A stretch of DNA of 11,198 bases from a bacterium (GTDB lineage: Bacteria > BMS3Abin14): contig CP070698.1 in the NCBI GenBank assembly GCA_020349685.1, forward strand, positions 188,500 to 199,697, read 5' to 3'. The position numbers and the translations under genes are program-made. This document shows, piece by piece, positions 1-6,971 of this stretch. The notes under the pieces are model-generated. The model made no database searches and was not told the DNA's origin. It saw nothing but the letters and a program-made list of their open reading frames with translations. Every line of letters starts with the position of its first letter. Positions within the stretch are counted from its first letter, which is position 1.

Positions 1-1
1 A

Positions 2-412
2 TTTTACAGGAGGCATCCCCTGGACATCGGTTGGCTCCTGAAAAGGGGCAGCCGGCTGCTCGACCCCAGGCTCACCGGCGAGGCCATCCTCACCATCGGC
101 TCCACCCTGACCGAACTGGGGGACGACGTGCACGGCGTCATCAGCGTCAGTCCCTTCGGCTGCATGCCCGGCCGCATCGCCGAGGCAGTGATCACCAAGC
201 GCCTCGAGGAGGACAAGCACCTTTTCTCGCGAAAGGGAGGACGGTTCTGGAAAGCGAACAGCAGGCATCTGCCCCTGCCCTTCCTGGCCCTGGAGACCGA
301 CGGGAACCCCTTGTCCCAGATGGTGGAGACCAAGCTCGACAGCTTCGTCATGGCGGCGCATCGACTGAAAAAAGAGCTGAAGAATCATTCTGCCAAAAGC
401 GGCAAAAGCTGA
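2..412 (+). CDS. 3' part (5'-truncated by window) of a CoA-substrate-specific enzyme activase / 2-hydroxyacyl-CoA dehydratase-related protein, C-terminal domain
   Basis: The frame of ORF 128..412 is open back to position 2: FYRRHPLDIGWLLKRGSRLLDPRLTGEAILTIGSTLTELGDDVHGVISVSPFGCMPGRIAEAV...LPFLALETDG...ETKLDSF. The motifs GE-x-x-L-T-x-G, PFGCMP and the terminal ETxLxxF resemble the C-terminus of large BadF/BcrAD-type activase/DUF2229 fusion proteins. Stop TGA at 410-412. Confidence 0.7.
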   Translation, partial: FYRRHPLDIGWLLKRGSRLLDPRLTGEAILTIGSTLTELGDDVHGVISVSPFGCMPGRIAEAVITKRLEEDKHLFSRKGGRFWKANSRHLPLPFLALETDGNPLSQMVETKLDSFVMAAHRLKKELKNHSAKSGKS

Positions 413-498
413 TTTACCGCAGAGGCCGCCAAGGACGCAGAGAAAAGCTTAACGAGGGGTTAACAGCAGTTCCTGCAGAGGCGGCAAAAGCTGATTTA
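399..498 (+). repeat. Exact 18-bp direct repeat GCGGCAAAAGCTGATTTA (399-416 and 481-498)
   Basis: Read directly; the copies start 82 bp apart. The first copy contains the stop codon of the upstream CDS. Each copy runs directly into a 9-nt-period tandem arm. Confidence 0.9.
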
Positions 499-876
499 AC
501 AGGGATGAAGGGGATAAAAGGGATGGGGGAAGGCGATCGTTATTCCGGAAGTCCTGCCAGAGGCATGACTATCCGGAATCCATTGCAAATACCTGCAAAA
601 GAGGTAAAAAGCATCAAACGCAAATTACGCAAAGTTTAAGGTAAGAACCGGGAGATAACATTATCTAAATATTGTTAACTCTTAATGGGAATTACTCTGT
701 GTAACTTTGTGTTCAACAGATTTTACCGTTTTTAATTGGGATTGCTGTTTCCTGTCTGAATTTGATCTGCTCAGTGTCCTCCGTGACCTCTGTGGTGAAA
801 GTCGCCGCATTTAATGAAACCGCTTTCCCCCTTGATCCTGATTTCCTCTGCGCCCCTCCGCGTACTCTGCGTTCAA
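413..876. repeat. Cluster of degenerate 9-10-nt-period tandem arms in inverted arrangement
   Basis: Left arms: ACCGCAGAG GCCGCCAAG GACGCAGAG (416-442), ACAGGGATG AAGGGGATA AAAGGGATG (499-525), ACGCAAATT ACGCAAAGT (618-635). Right arms: ACTCTGTGTA ACTTTGTGTT (694-713), CTCAGTGTC CTCCGTGAC CTCTGTGGT (770-796), CTCTGCGCCC CTCCGCGTA CTCTGCGTT (846-873). Confidence 0.8.
539..582. repeat. REP-like palindrome GTTATTCCGGA...TCCGGAATCCA
   Basis: ATTCCGGA (542-549) pairs with TCCGGAAT (572-579), AGTC (550-553) with GACT (567-570), and TGCC (555-558) with GGCA (562-565), leaving loop AGA. Confidence 0.7.
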
Positions 877-909
877 TATCGACGCTTTCACAGGAACAGC
901 GCTCGTCTT

Positions 910-937
910 CTGCGTGCTGTGTGTTGAGTACTGTATA
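910..937 (+). repeat. Degenerate heptamer tandem run (4 units)
   Basis: CTGCGTG CTGTGTG TTGAGTA CTGTATA; no clear inverted partner nearby. Confidence 0.5.
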
Positions 938-956
938 AGAATAAACCTGCCAGCTC

Positions 957-985
957 TTGCCCTTACCGGTTTTTTCTGCTAAGCA
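957..985 (+). promoter_or_regulatory. Putative sigma70-type promoter for the rpsB operon
   Basis: TTGCCC (957-962), a 17-bp spacer, then TG-n extended -10 TAAGCA (TG at 977-978, hexamer 980-985), just upstream of the S2 leader. The -10 lacks its final T, so the call is tentative. Confidence 0.35.
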
Positions 986-1000
986 AGCTTGGTTAACCAT

Positions 1001-1095
1001 TACGCACGCCCCGGGTCCGGTGGGTGGTGCCTGCTTGCGCATGCGGTGAAAGCGGGTTCCCAGGGAATCGAAGGGGCGGAGGGTAAAAAAACCGA
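1001..1095 (+). ncRNA. t44 / ribosomal protein S2 autoregulatory leader RNA (rpsB 5' UTR)
   Basis: It begins ACGCAC. CGCCCC (1007-1012) pairs with GGGGCG (1073-1078), followed by GAGG. TGGG (1021-1024) pairs with CCCA (1059-1062). The inner stem is GCCTGCTT (1029-1036)/AAGCGGGT (1050-1057). Bulged GGT (1026-1028) is complementary to ACC (1091-1093), matching the known S2-leader pseudoknot. Its position directly 5' of rpsB is the expected one. Confidence 0.8.
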
Positions 1096-1111
1096 AAGAG
1101 AGGAAAGGAAA

Positions 1112-1960
1112 ATGTCAGTCATTACCATGAAGCAGCTGCTGGAGGCCGGCGTCCACTTCGGCCACCAGACCCGGCGCTGGAACCCCAAGATGCAGAGGTA
1201 CATCTTCGGGGCCCGCAACGGGATCTACATCATCGACCTTCAGAAGACCCTGCGTCAGTTCAAGGAATCCTATCGCTTCGTACGGGAACTTTCGGCCAGG
1301 GGAGGGAACATCCTCTTCGTGGGCACCAAGAAACAGGCCCAGGAGTCCATCTTCGAGGAGGCCCAGAGGTGCGGGATGCCCTACATCAACCACCGGTGGC
1401 TCGGCGGGATGCTCACGAACTTCACCACCATCAAGAAGAGCATCGGGCGGCTCAAGAAATACGAGACCATGGAGGAAGAGAAGAGCTGGGGCAACCTGAC
1501 CAAGAAGGAGATCCTGAACCTGACGAAGGAGAAGGAAAAGCTCGCCAAGTTCCTCGACGGGATCAAGGACATGGGCAAACTCCCCGACGCCGTCTTCGTG
1601 GTGGACCCCAAGCGCGAGGAGATCGCCATCAAGGAAGCCAGGAAACTGGGCATCCCCATCCTGGCCATCGTGGACACGAACTGCGATCCGGACCTGGTGG
1701 ACATGGTTATCCCGGGCAACGACGATGCCATCCGCTCCATCCGCCTTTTCACCTCCAAGATCGCCGACGCGGTCATCGAGGGGCAGCAGCTGGTCGGGGC
1801 CGGTGAGGTGGGTGTCGTGGAAGCGCCTGCGGAGGCCAGGGAGGCCCGGGTAGAGTCCCCTGCGGCCGATGAGGCCCCGGAAGGGGAAACTGTTGCGGAA
1901 GAAACGGCCGGGACGGATGAAGAGGCCGATGAAAGTGATTTCGAGGAGGAAGAGGAATGA
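1112..1960 (+). CDS. rpsB: 30S ribosomal protein S2
   Basis: [57 protein letters not shown]. The true start is ATG 1112 after a purine-rich RBS (AGGAAAGGA); the 989 start in the track runs through the leader. 282 aa with an acidic tail. Confidence 0.99.
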   Translation: MSVITMKQLLEAGVHFGHQTRRWNPKMQRYIFGARNGIYIIDLQKTLRQFKESYRFVRELSARGGNILFVGTKKQAQESIFEEAQRCGMPYINHRWLGGMLTNFTTIKKSIGRLKKYETMEEEKSWGNLTKKEILNLTKEKEKLAKFLDGIKDMGKLPDAVFVVDPKREEIAIKEARKLGIPILAIVDTNCDPDLVDMVIPGNDDAIRSIRLFTSKIADAVIEGQQLVGAGEVGVVEAPAEAREARVESPAADEAPEGETVAEETAGTDEEADESDFEEEEE

Positions 1961-2574
1961 GCATCAGTGCATCTTTGGTCAAGGAGCTCAGGGAAAAGAC
2001 CGGTGCCGGTTTCATGGACTGCAAGGCGGCCCTGCAGGAGTGTGAGGGCGATGCCGAAAAGGCGGTGGATTACCTGCGCAAAAAGGGACTTTCAGCCGCC
2101 GCCAAGCGCGCCGGGCGCCAGGCCAGCGAAGGGGTCGTGGGCTCCTACATCCACATGGGAGGCAAGATCGGAGTCATCGTCGAGGTGAACTGCGAGACCG
2201 ATTTCGTCGCGAGGACAGACGATTTTCAGGAGCTGGTGGCCGACCTCGCCATGCAGGTCGCCGCGGCCCGCCCCCTGTTCGTCCGGCGGGAAGAGGTCCC
2301 GGCCGATCTTCTGGAGAAGGAGAGGGAGATCTACAAGGCCCAGGCCCTCGAGTCCGGAAAGCCCGAAAATGTGGTGGACCGCATCGTGGACGGGAAGATC
2401 GACAAGTTTTACCAGCAGGTCTGCCTGGAAGAGCAGGAGTACATCAGGGAGAGCGGGACCAAGGTCCTCGACCACGTCAAGGGGCTGGCGGGCAAGCTGG
2501 GCGAGAACATCAAGATCAACCGATTCGCCAGGTTCGAGGTAGGGGAAGGGCAGGAAAAAAATCAATCGTGCTGA
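1957..2574 (+). CDS. tsf: Translation elongation factor Ts (short form, 205 aa)
   Basis: [16 protein letters not shown] and [11 protein letters not shown] motifs; ATGA overlap with the rpsB stop. Confidence 0.99.
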   Translation: MSISASLVKELREKTGAGFMDCKAALQECEGDAEKAVDYLRKKGLSAAAKRAGRQASEGVVGSYIHMGGKIGVIVEVNCETDFVARTDDFQELVADLAMQVAAARPLFVRREEVPADLLEKEREIYKAQALESGKPENVVDRIVDGKIDKFYQQVCLEEQEYIRESGTKVLDHVKGLAGKLGENIKINRFARFEVGEGQEKNQSC

Positions 2575-2583
2575 CGCACGATT
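2564..2583 (+). other. Small hairpin with the tsf stop codon in the loop
   Basis: AATCGTGC (2564-2571), loop TGAC, GCACGATT (2576-2583): a perfect 8-bp stem whose 3' end runs into a short T run (2582-2585). It may be a weak terminator or pause site. Confidence 0.5.
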
Positions 2584-2584
2584 T

Positions 2585-2675
2585 TGAGTGTAGAGTGTAG
2601 CGTGCAGCGTGTAGAGGGGGAAGATAGCTGCGCATTGTTTTAACTCTACACTTTACACTCTACACCCTACACTCA
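2585..2675. repeat. Inverted repeat built from heptamer tandem units (GAGTGTA)n ... (TACACTC)n
   Basis: Left arm T GAGTGTA GAGTGTA GCGTGCA GCGTGTA GAG (2585-2616); right arm CTC TACACTT TACACTC TACACCC TACACTC A (2644-2675). 27 of 32 positions are Watson-Crick plus one G-U, with a 27-nt loop. Confidence 0.92.
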
Positions 2676-2688
2676 TACGGGGGTATTA

Positions 2689-3423
2689 GTGGAAAGCGAC
2701 AAGTCCCCCAAATACGACCGGATACTCCTCAAGATCAGCGGCGAGGCTCTTCTCGGGTCCGAGCCACTGGGTCTCGACATGAGCGTTGTGCGTTCCATCG
2801 CCTCGGAGCTGGTCCAGGTCCACGCCATGGGCGTCGAGGTGGCCGTGGTCATCGGGGGAGGCAACATCTTCCGCGGCGCCCTGGACAGCAGGACGACCAT
2901 CGAACGGGCCACCGGCGACTATATGGGCATGGTGGCCACGGTCATCAACGCCCTGGCCCTTCAAAGCGCCCTCGAAAAGGAGGGCGTTCCCACGCGGGTC
3001 CAATCGGCCATCGCCATCAGCCAGGTGGCAGAGCCCTACATCAGGCGGAGGGCGATCAGGCACCTGGAAAAGGGACGTATCGTCATCTTCGCCGCCGGAA
3101 CGGGGAACCCCTTCTTCACGACAGATACGGCAGCTGCCCTGCGGGCCATGGAAATAGGGGCCAACATCCTCATGAAGGCCACCAAGGTGGACGGGGTCTA
3201 CACGGCAGACCCCGAGGTCGAACCGGAGGCCGTCAAGCTGGACAAGCTCACCTACAGGGAGGTCCTGGAAAAGGAATTGAAGGTCATGGACGCCACGGCC
3301 ATAGCGCTGTGCATGGACAACGATATGTCCATCATGGTATTCAACCTGAAAAACAGAGGCAACATGATCCGGGCTGTTACGGGAGAACCCATTGGAACTG
3401 TTGTGACGGGAGGAGACGGCTGA
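2689..3423 (+). CDS. pyrH: Uridylate (UMP) kinase
   Basis: [57 protein letters not shown] motifs; GTG start after GGGGG (2679-2683). Confidence 0.99.
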   Translation: MESDKSPKYDRILLKISGEALLGSEPLGLDMSVVRSIASELVQVHAMGVEVAVVIGGGNIFRGALDSRTTIERATGDYMGMVATVINALALQSALEKEGVPTRVQSAIAISQVAEPYIRRRAIRHLEKGRIVIFAAGTGNPFFTTDTAAALRAMEIGANILMKATKVDGVYTADPEVEPEAVKLDKLTYREVLEKELKVMDATAIALCMDNDMSIMVFNLKNRGNMIRAVTGEPIGTVVTGGDG

Positions 3424-3425
3424 CG

Positions 3426-3983
3426 ATGATCGCGGAACTCTATCAGGACATGGAAAAAAAGATGGAAAAGACCATCGAGTCCCTGGGGAGGGAACTGGCA
3501 ACCATCCGCACCGGCCGCGCCTCGCTGTCCATCCTCGACGGCATCACGCTGGAGTACTACGGTTCCCAGTCACCCCTCAACCAGGTCGCCACCCTTTCGG
3601 TTCCCGAGAGCAGGCTCATCGTGATCCAGCCCTGGGACCCGACCACCATCAAGGATATCGAAAAAGCTATCATGCGCTCCGATCTGGGACTGACCCCCAA
3701 CAACGACGGCAAGGTCATCAGAATTCCCATCCCGCCCCTGACCGAGGAGAGAAGGATCCAGCTTGTCAAGGTGGTCAAGAGGCACGGGGAGGATGGCAAG
3801 GTGGCCATTCGCAACATCCGCCGCGACGCCATCTCCGATGCCAAGGAATTTGAAAAGGAAAAGGCCATCTCGGAGGATGAGCTGCACCGCGCACAGGATG
3901 AGATTCAGAAGATCACCGACCGCTTCATCGGGAAGGTGGACGAACTCATCGAGAAAAAAGAAAAAGAAGTCCTCGAGGTCTAA
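3426..3983 (+). CDS. frr: Ribosome recycling factor
   Basis: IRTGRAS, LGLTPNNDGKVIRIPIPPLTEERR, KVAIRNIRRD. Start ATG 3426, 2 nt after the pyrH stop, gives the typical 185 aa; the 3309 start in the track overlaps pyrH. Confidence 0.99.
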   Translation: MIAELYQDMEKKMEKTIESLGRELATIRTGRASLSILDGITLEYYGSQSPLNQVATLSVPESRLIVIQPWDPTTIKDIEKAIMRSDLGLTPNNDGKVIRIPIPPLTEERRIQLVKVVKRHGEDGKVAIRNIRRDAISDAKEFEKEKAISEDELHRAQDEIQKITDRFIGKVDELIEKKEKEVLEV

Positions 3984-4117
3984 ATCAGGATCCCACCCGC
4001 AGGAAACGCAGGACCGATCGATCCATGGATCTGTGACGAGCCGACCCGCCATCGGCCCTGCCCGCGCCGGGGCCAGTTACCCAAGCCTCGAAAAGACTTT
4101 TCAGAGGTAATCATCAG

Positions 4118-4849
4118 GTGAACCGGGATCTCCCCGCACACATTGCCATAATCATGGACGGTAACGGAAGGTGGGCTGCCGAGCGCAACCTGCCGCGCAT
4201 CGCCGGTCACAGTGCCGGTGTCAGCGCGGTCCGGAAGGTCGTGGAGGAGTGCGCCCGACTGAAGATCCCCCACCTCACCCTCTTTGCCTTTTCCACGGAA
4301 AACTGGAACCGTCCTCAGGAGGAAGTGGGAGGTCTGATGGTGCTCCTGGATCAGTATCTGAAAAAGGAGCTGAACACCCTCATGAAGAACAAGGTGCGCC
4401 TGACCACCATAGGCCACCTCGAGGACCTGCCTGATAACGTTCAGCACACCTTGCGTGACGTGGTGAAAAGATCGGCTGGCAACGAGGGGTTGACCCTGAC
4501 CCTCGCTCTGAGCTACAGCGGGCGGGACGACATCCTCAAGGCTGTGCGCGGGGCTGCCAGGGCCGTGATGAGAGGAGATCTCTCCCCGGACGACATTGGG
4601 CCGGAGACCTTCTCCTCCTTCCTGTATACGCGAGGCATTCCCGACCCGGACCTCCTCATCCGCACGAGCGGAGAGCAGCGCATCAGCAATTTCCTCCTGT
4701 GGCAGGTGGCGTACACCGAGTTCTGGGTCACCGACAAGCTGTGGCCCGATTTTTCCAGTGAGGATCTTCATGAGGCCATCGAGACCTTCCGCTCCCGGGA
4801 GCGCCGTTTCGGTATGACCTCCGAGCAGGTCAAGGGAGGAAAGACGTGA
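4118..4849 (+). CDS. uppS: Undecaprenyl diphosphate synthase (isoprenyl transferase)
   Basis: HIAIIMDGNGRWA, FAFSTENWNRP, PDLLIRTSGEQRISNFLLWQ, RERRFG; GTG start with GAGGT at 4104-4108. Confidence 0.98.
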   Translation: MNRDLPAHIAIIMDGNGRWAAERNLPRIAGHSAGVSAVRKVVEECARLKIPHLTLFAFSTENWNRPQEEVGGLMVLLDQYLKKELNTLMKNKVRLTTIGHLEDLPDNVQHTLRDVVKRSAGNEGLTLTLALSYSGRDDILKAVRGAARAVMRGDLSPDDIGPETFSSFLYTRGIPDPDLLIRTSGEQRISNFLLWQVAYTEFWVTDKLWPDFSSEDLHEAIETFRSRERRFGMTSEQVKGGKT

Positions 4850-5643
4850 AAAGGGTCCTCTCTGCGGTCGTGTTGGGCGCTCTTGCAGTTTCTCTCATCG
4901 CCGCAGGTCCTTTGTCCCTGGGTGTCCTCGCTGTTCTCGCTGTCATCCTGTTAGCCTGTCACGAAGCTGCCGCCCTCCTTCAAGCCGCTGGAAGCGTGGC
5001 TGCCAGGATCCCGGTTGTCGCCGCAATTTTCCTCATGGTGGCAGGTGCCTGGAGCGGCGGGGCCAGTCATCTGGCTGCCGGTCTGGCGGGCGGGATGACA
5101 CTGATCTTCGTTTGGACGGTGTTAACCGAAAAGCCCAAGGGATCCGTGGTGAAACTCTCCGGGGGCACCCTGGTGCTCCTCTACCCGGCCTGGTCCCTGG
5201 CCCACGTGATCCTCTACCTGGAGACCGGGACAGGACGGCGATCTCTGCTTTTTTTGCTCTTCGTCGTCTGGGTCTGTGACTCGGCAGCGTACTACGTGGG
5301 TTCCGCTCTCGGCCGCCGGAAGCTCGCGCCCGAGATCAGTCCCAACAAGACGGTTGCCGGGGCCGTGGGGGGACCCCTGGGCGCGGCGGGAGCCGCTCTC
5401 CTCCTGAAGGTTCTGGGACTTGTACCGTGGTCCCCAGCCTTTGCGCTCGCAGCCGGATTGGGCATCGCTGTCCTGGCGCAGGTCGGGGATCTGGCGGAAT
5501 CGATGGTCAAAAGAGATGCCGGTGTGAAGGATTCCGGTTCCCTGATACCGGGACATGGCGGCATACTGGACCGTGTCGATGCTCTGTTGCTGGTGGTTCC
5601 GCTCTTTTACTACATACTCTCCTGGTCCGGCGGATCGGTGTAA
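4846..5643 (+). CDS. cdsA: Phosphatidate cytidylyltransferase
   Basis: Hydrophobic multi-TM protein with DSAAYYVG, ISPNKT and GDLAESMVKRDAGVKDSGSLIPGHGGILDRVD; GTGA overlap with uppS. Confidence 0.97.
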   Translation: MKRVLSAVVLGALAVSLIAAGPLSLGVLAVLAVILLACHEAAALLQAAGSVAARIPVVAAIFLMVAGAWSGGASHLAAGLAGGMTLIFVWTVLTEKPKGSVVKLSGGTLVLLYPAWSLAHVILYLETGTGRRSLLFLLFVVWVCDSAAYYVGSALGRRKLAPEISPNKTVAGAVGGPLGAAGAALLLKVLGLVPWSPAFALAAGLGIAVLAQVGDLAESMVKRDAGVKDSGSLIPGHGGILDRVDALLLVVPLFYYILSWSGGSV

Positions 5644-6815
5644 TGCCCGGGGCTCGAAGGATCAGCATCCTGGGTTCAACCGGATCCATCGGCCGTAATG
5701 CGCTGGACATCATTGCGCGCAAGCCGGCGGATTTTAAGGTCACCGCCCTCGCGAGCAGATCCGACTGGCAGACCATGGCAAGCCAGGCAAGACAGTATAA
5801 GCCCGCACTGGTGGCCGTGTATCAGGAAAACGCGGCCTCCCGTCTGAGGGACCAGCTCAGGGGTTCCGGGATCGAGGTCGTGGAAGGTGTTGACGGGATC
5901 CTGGAAGCGGCCTCCCTCGACGAAGCCGACGTCGTCATCTCAGCTATCGTCGGTGCGGCAGGTGTGATGCCCACCTACGCGGCGGTCCAGTCCGGCAAGA
6001 TCGTCGCCCTTGCCAACAAGGAGGCCCTCGTGGCGGCCGGGCGGCTGATCACCGAGGAGGCACAGCGCACAGGTGCCCGCATCATACCCGTGGACAGCGA
6101 GCATTCGGCCCTTTTCCAGGCCCTGATGGGTCAGGATCGTTCGGCTGCCCGGAAAGTGATCCTCACCGCCTCCGGCGGCCCTTTTTTAGGCAGGAACAGG
6201 GTTGACCTCGCCGGTGTCACACCCGCAATGGCCCTCAACCACCCGCGGTGGAAGATGGGACCCAAGGTCACCATCGATTCGGCCACCATGATGAACAAGG
6301 GGCTCGAGATCATCGAGGCGAGATGGATCTTCGACATCCCCGCCGACAGGATCGAGGTGCTCATCCATCCCCAGAGCATCGTCCACGGGATGGTGGAATA
6401 CCAGGATGGTTCGGTAATGGCCCAGATGGGGGTCACCGATATGCGCATCCCCATAGCCTTCGCCCTGAGCTACCCTGAACGTCTGGACATGGGTCTCGAG
6501 CCCCTCGACCTCGCGTCCGTGGGCAGGCTCGATTTCCACGCGCCGGACCTCGAGATGTTCCCCTGTCTGGGACTGGCCTACAGAGCCCTGAAACTCGGGA
6601 ACGGCATCCCCGCGGTCATGAACGCCGCCAATGAAGTCGCCGTGGAATCGTTCCTCTCCGGGAAACTGGCCTTTAACGGGATCGCCGATGTCGTGCGCGC
6701 GGTCATGGACGAGCCCCCGGAGTTTGACGACAAGACCCTTTCGGGCATCCTTCGGGGAGATCAGCTGGCCCGTGCCGCTGCCCGAAGGATCACTGAAATG
6801 ATGGAATCTGAATAG
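5643..6815 (+). CDS. dxr: 1-deoxy-D-xylulose-5-phosphate reductoisomerase
   Basis: ILGSTGSIG, ALANKE, PVDSEHSA, LTASGGPF, HPRWKMGPKVTIDSATMMNKGLE, NAANEVAV. Start ATG 5643 overlaps the cdsA TAA (TAATG); 390 aa. Confidence 0.99.
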   Translation: MPGARRISILGSTGSIGRNALDIIARKPADFKVTALASRSDWQTMASQARQYKPALVAVYQENAASRLRDQLRGSGIEVVEGVDGILEAASLDEADVVISAIVGAAGVMPTYAAVQSGKIVALANKEALVAAGRLITEEAQRTGARIIPVDSEHSALFQALMGQDRSAARKVILTASGGPFLGRNRVDLAGVTPAMALNHPRWKMGPKVTIDSATMMNKGLEIIEARWIFDIPADRIEVLIHPQSIVHGMVEYQDGSVMAQMGVTDMRIPIAFALSYPERLDMGLEPLDLASVGRLDFHAPDLEMFPCLGLAYRALKLGNGIPAVMNAANEVAVESFLSGKLAFNGIADVVRAVMDEPPEFDDKTLSGILRGDQLARAAARRITEMMESE

Positions 6816-6855
6816 AACTATCGAGCATGATCTCCGGCAGTCGGATTCACTCCGG

Positions 6856-6899
6856 CCCTTCGACAGACACGGGATGGTGAGCCAGCTCGAACCGCTGGC
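6856..6899. repeat. Degenerate REP-like palindrome CCCTTCGACA...GGTGAGCCAGCTCGAACC
   Basis: TTCGA (6859-6863) and TCGAA (6887-6891) form the ends. There is an alternative hairpin GCCAGC (6881-6886)/GCTGGC (6894-6899). It resembles, from recollection, the TTCGACAxGCTCA / TGAGCxTGTCGAA repeat motif. Confidence 0.45.
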
Positions 6900-6971
6900 G
6901 CTTGCGTCTTCCGAGGTTGATCGAAGAAACATTCAGCAAGGTATTTATAGATAATTCATGGAGCGAACCAA

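Noticed and set aside
399-498. Possible mini-CRISPR
   Set aside because: Only two 18-bp copies with a 64-bp gap, no cas genes and no third repeat.
31-639. 202-aa + strand ORF
   Set aside because: It overlaps the activase-like gene out of frame. Its tail (RRGRQGRRE, TGMKGIKGM) is just the translation of 9-mer repeat arms.
713-1042. 109-aa minus-strand ORF
   Set aside because: It crosses the rpsB promoter and leader and has no recognisable domain. TTEVTEDTE is the translation of the 770-796 repeat arm.
989-1111. N-terminal extension of S2 in the ORF track
   Set aside because: This is the t44 leader; homology to S2 and the RBS point to ATG 1112.
1790-1960. Acidic low-complexity tail of S2
   Set aside because: Variable Glu/Ala-rich tails are common in bacterial S2 proteins.
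2556-2600. -1 frameshift at A_AAA_AAT or UGA recoding at the end of tsf
   Set aside because: The hairpin starts only 1-3 nt after the slippery site, closer than typical stimulators. The -1 product ([13 protein letters not shown]) is not convincingly EF-Ts-like. There is no recognisable SECIS or known selenocysteine in EF-Ts.
3984-4117. Riboswitch/ncRNA in the frr-uppS spacer (palindrome GATCCATGGATC at 4020-4031; hairpin 4086-4107 covering the RBS)
   Set aside because: The stems are short and weak and no known motif was recognised, so they are compatible with chance.
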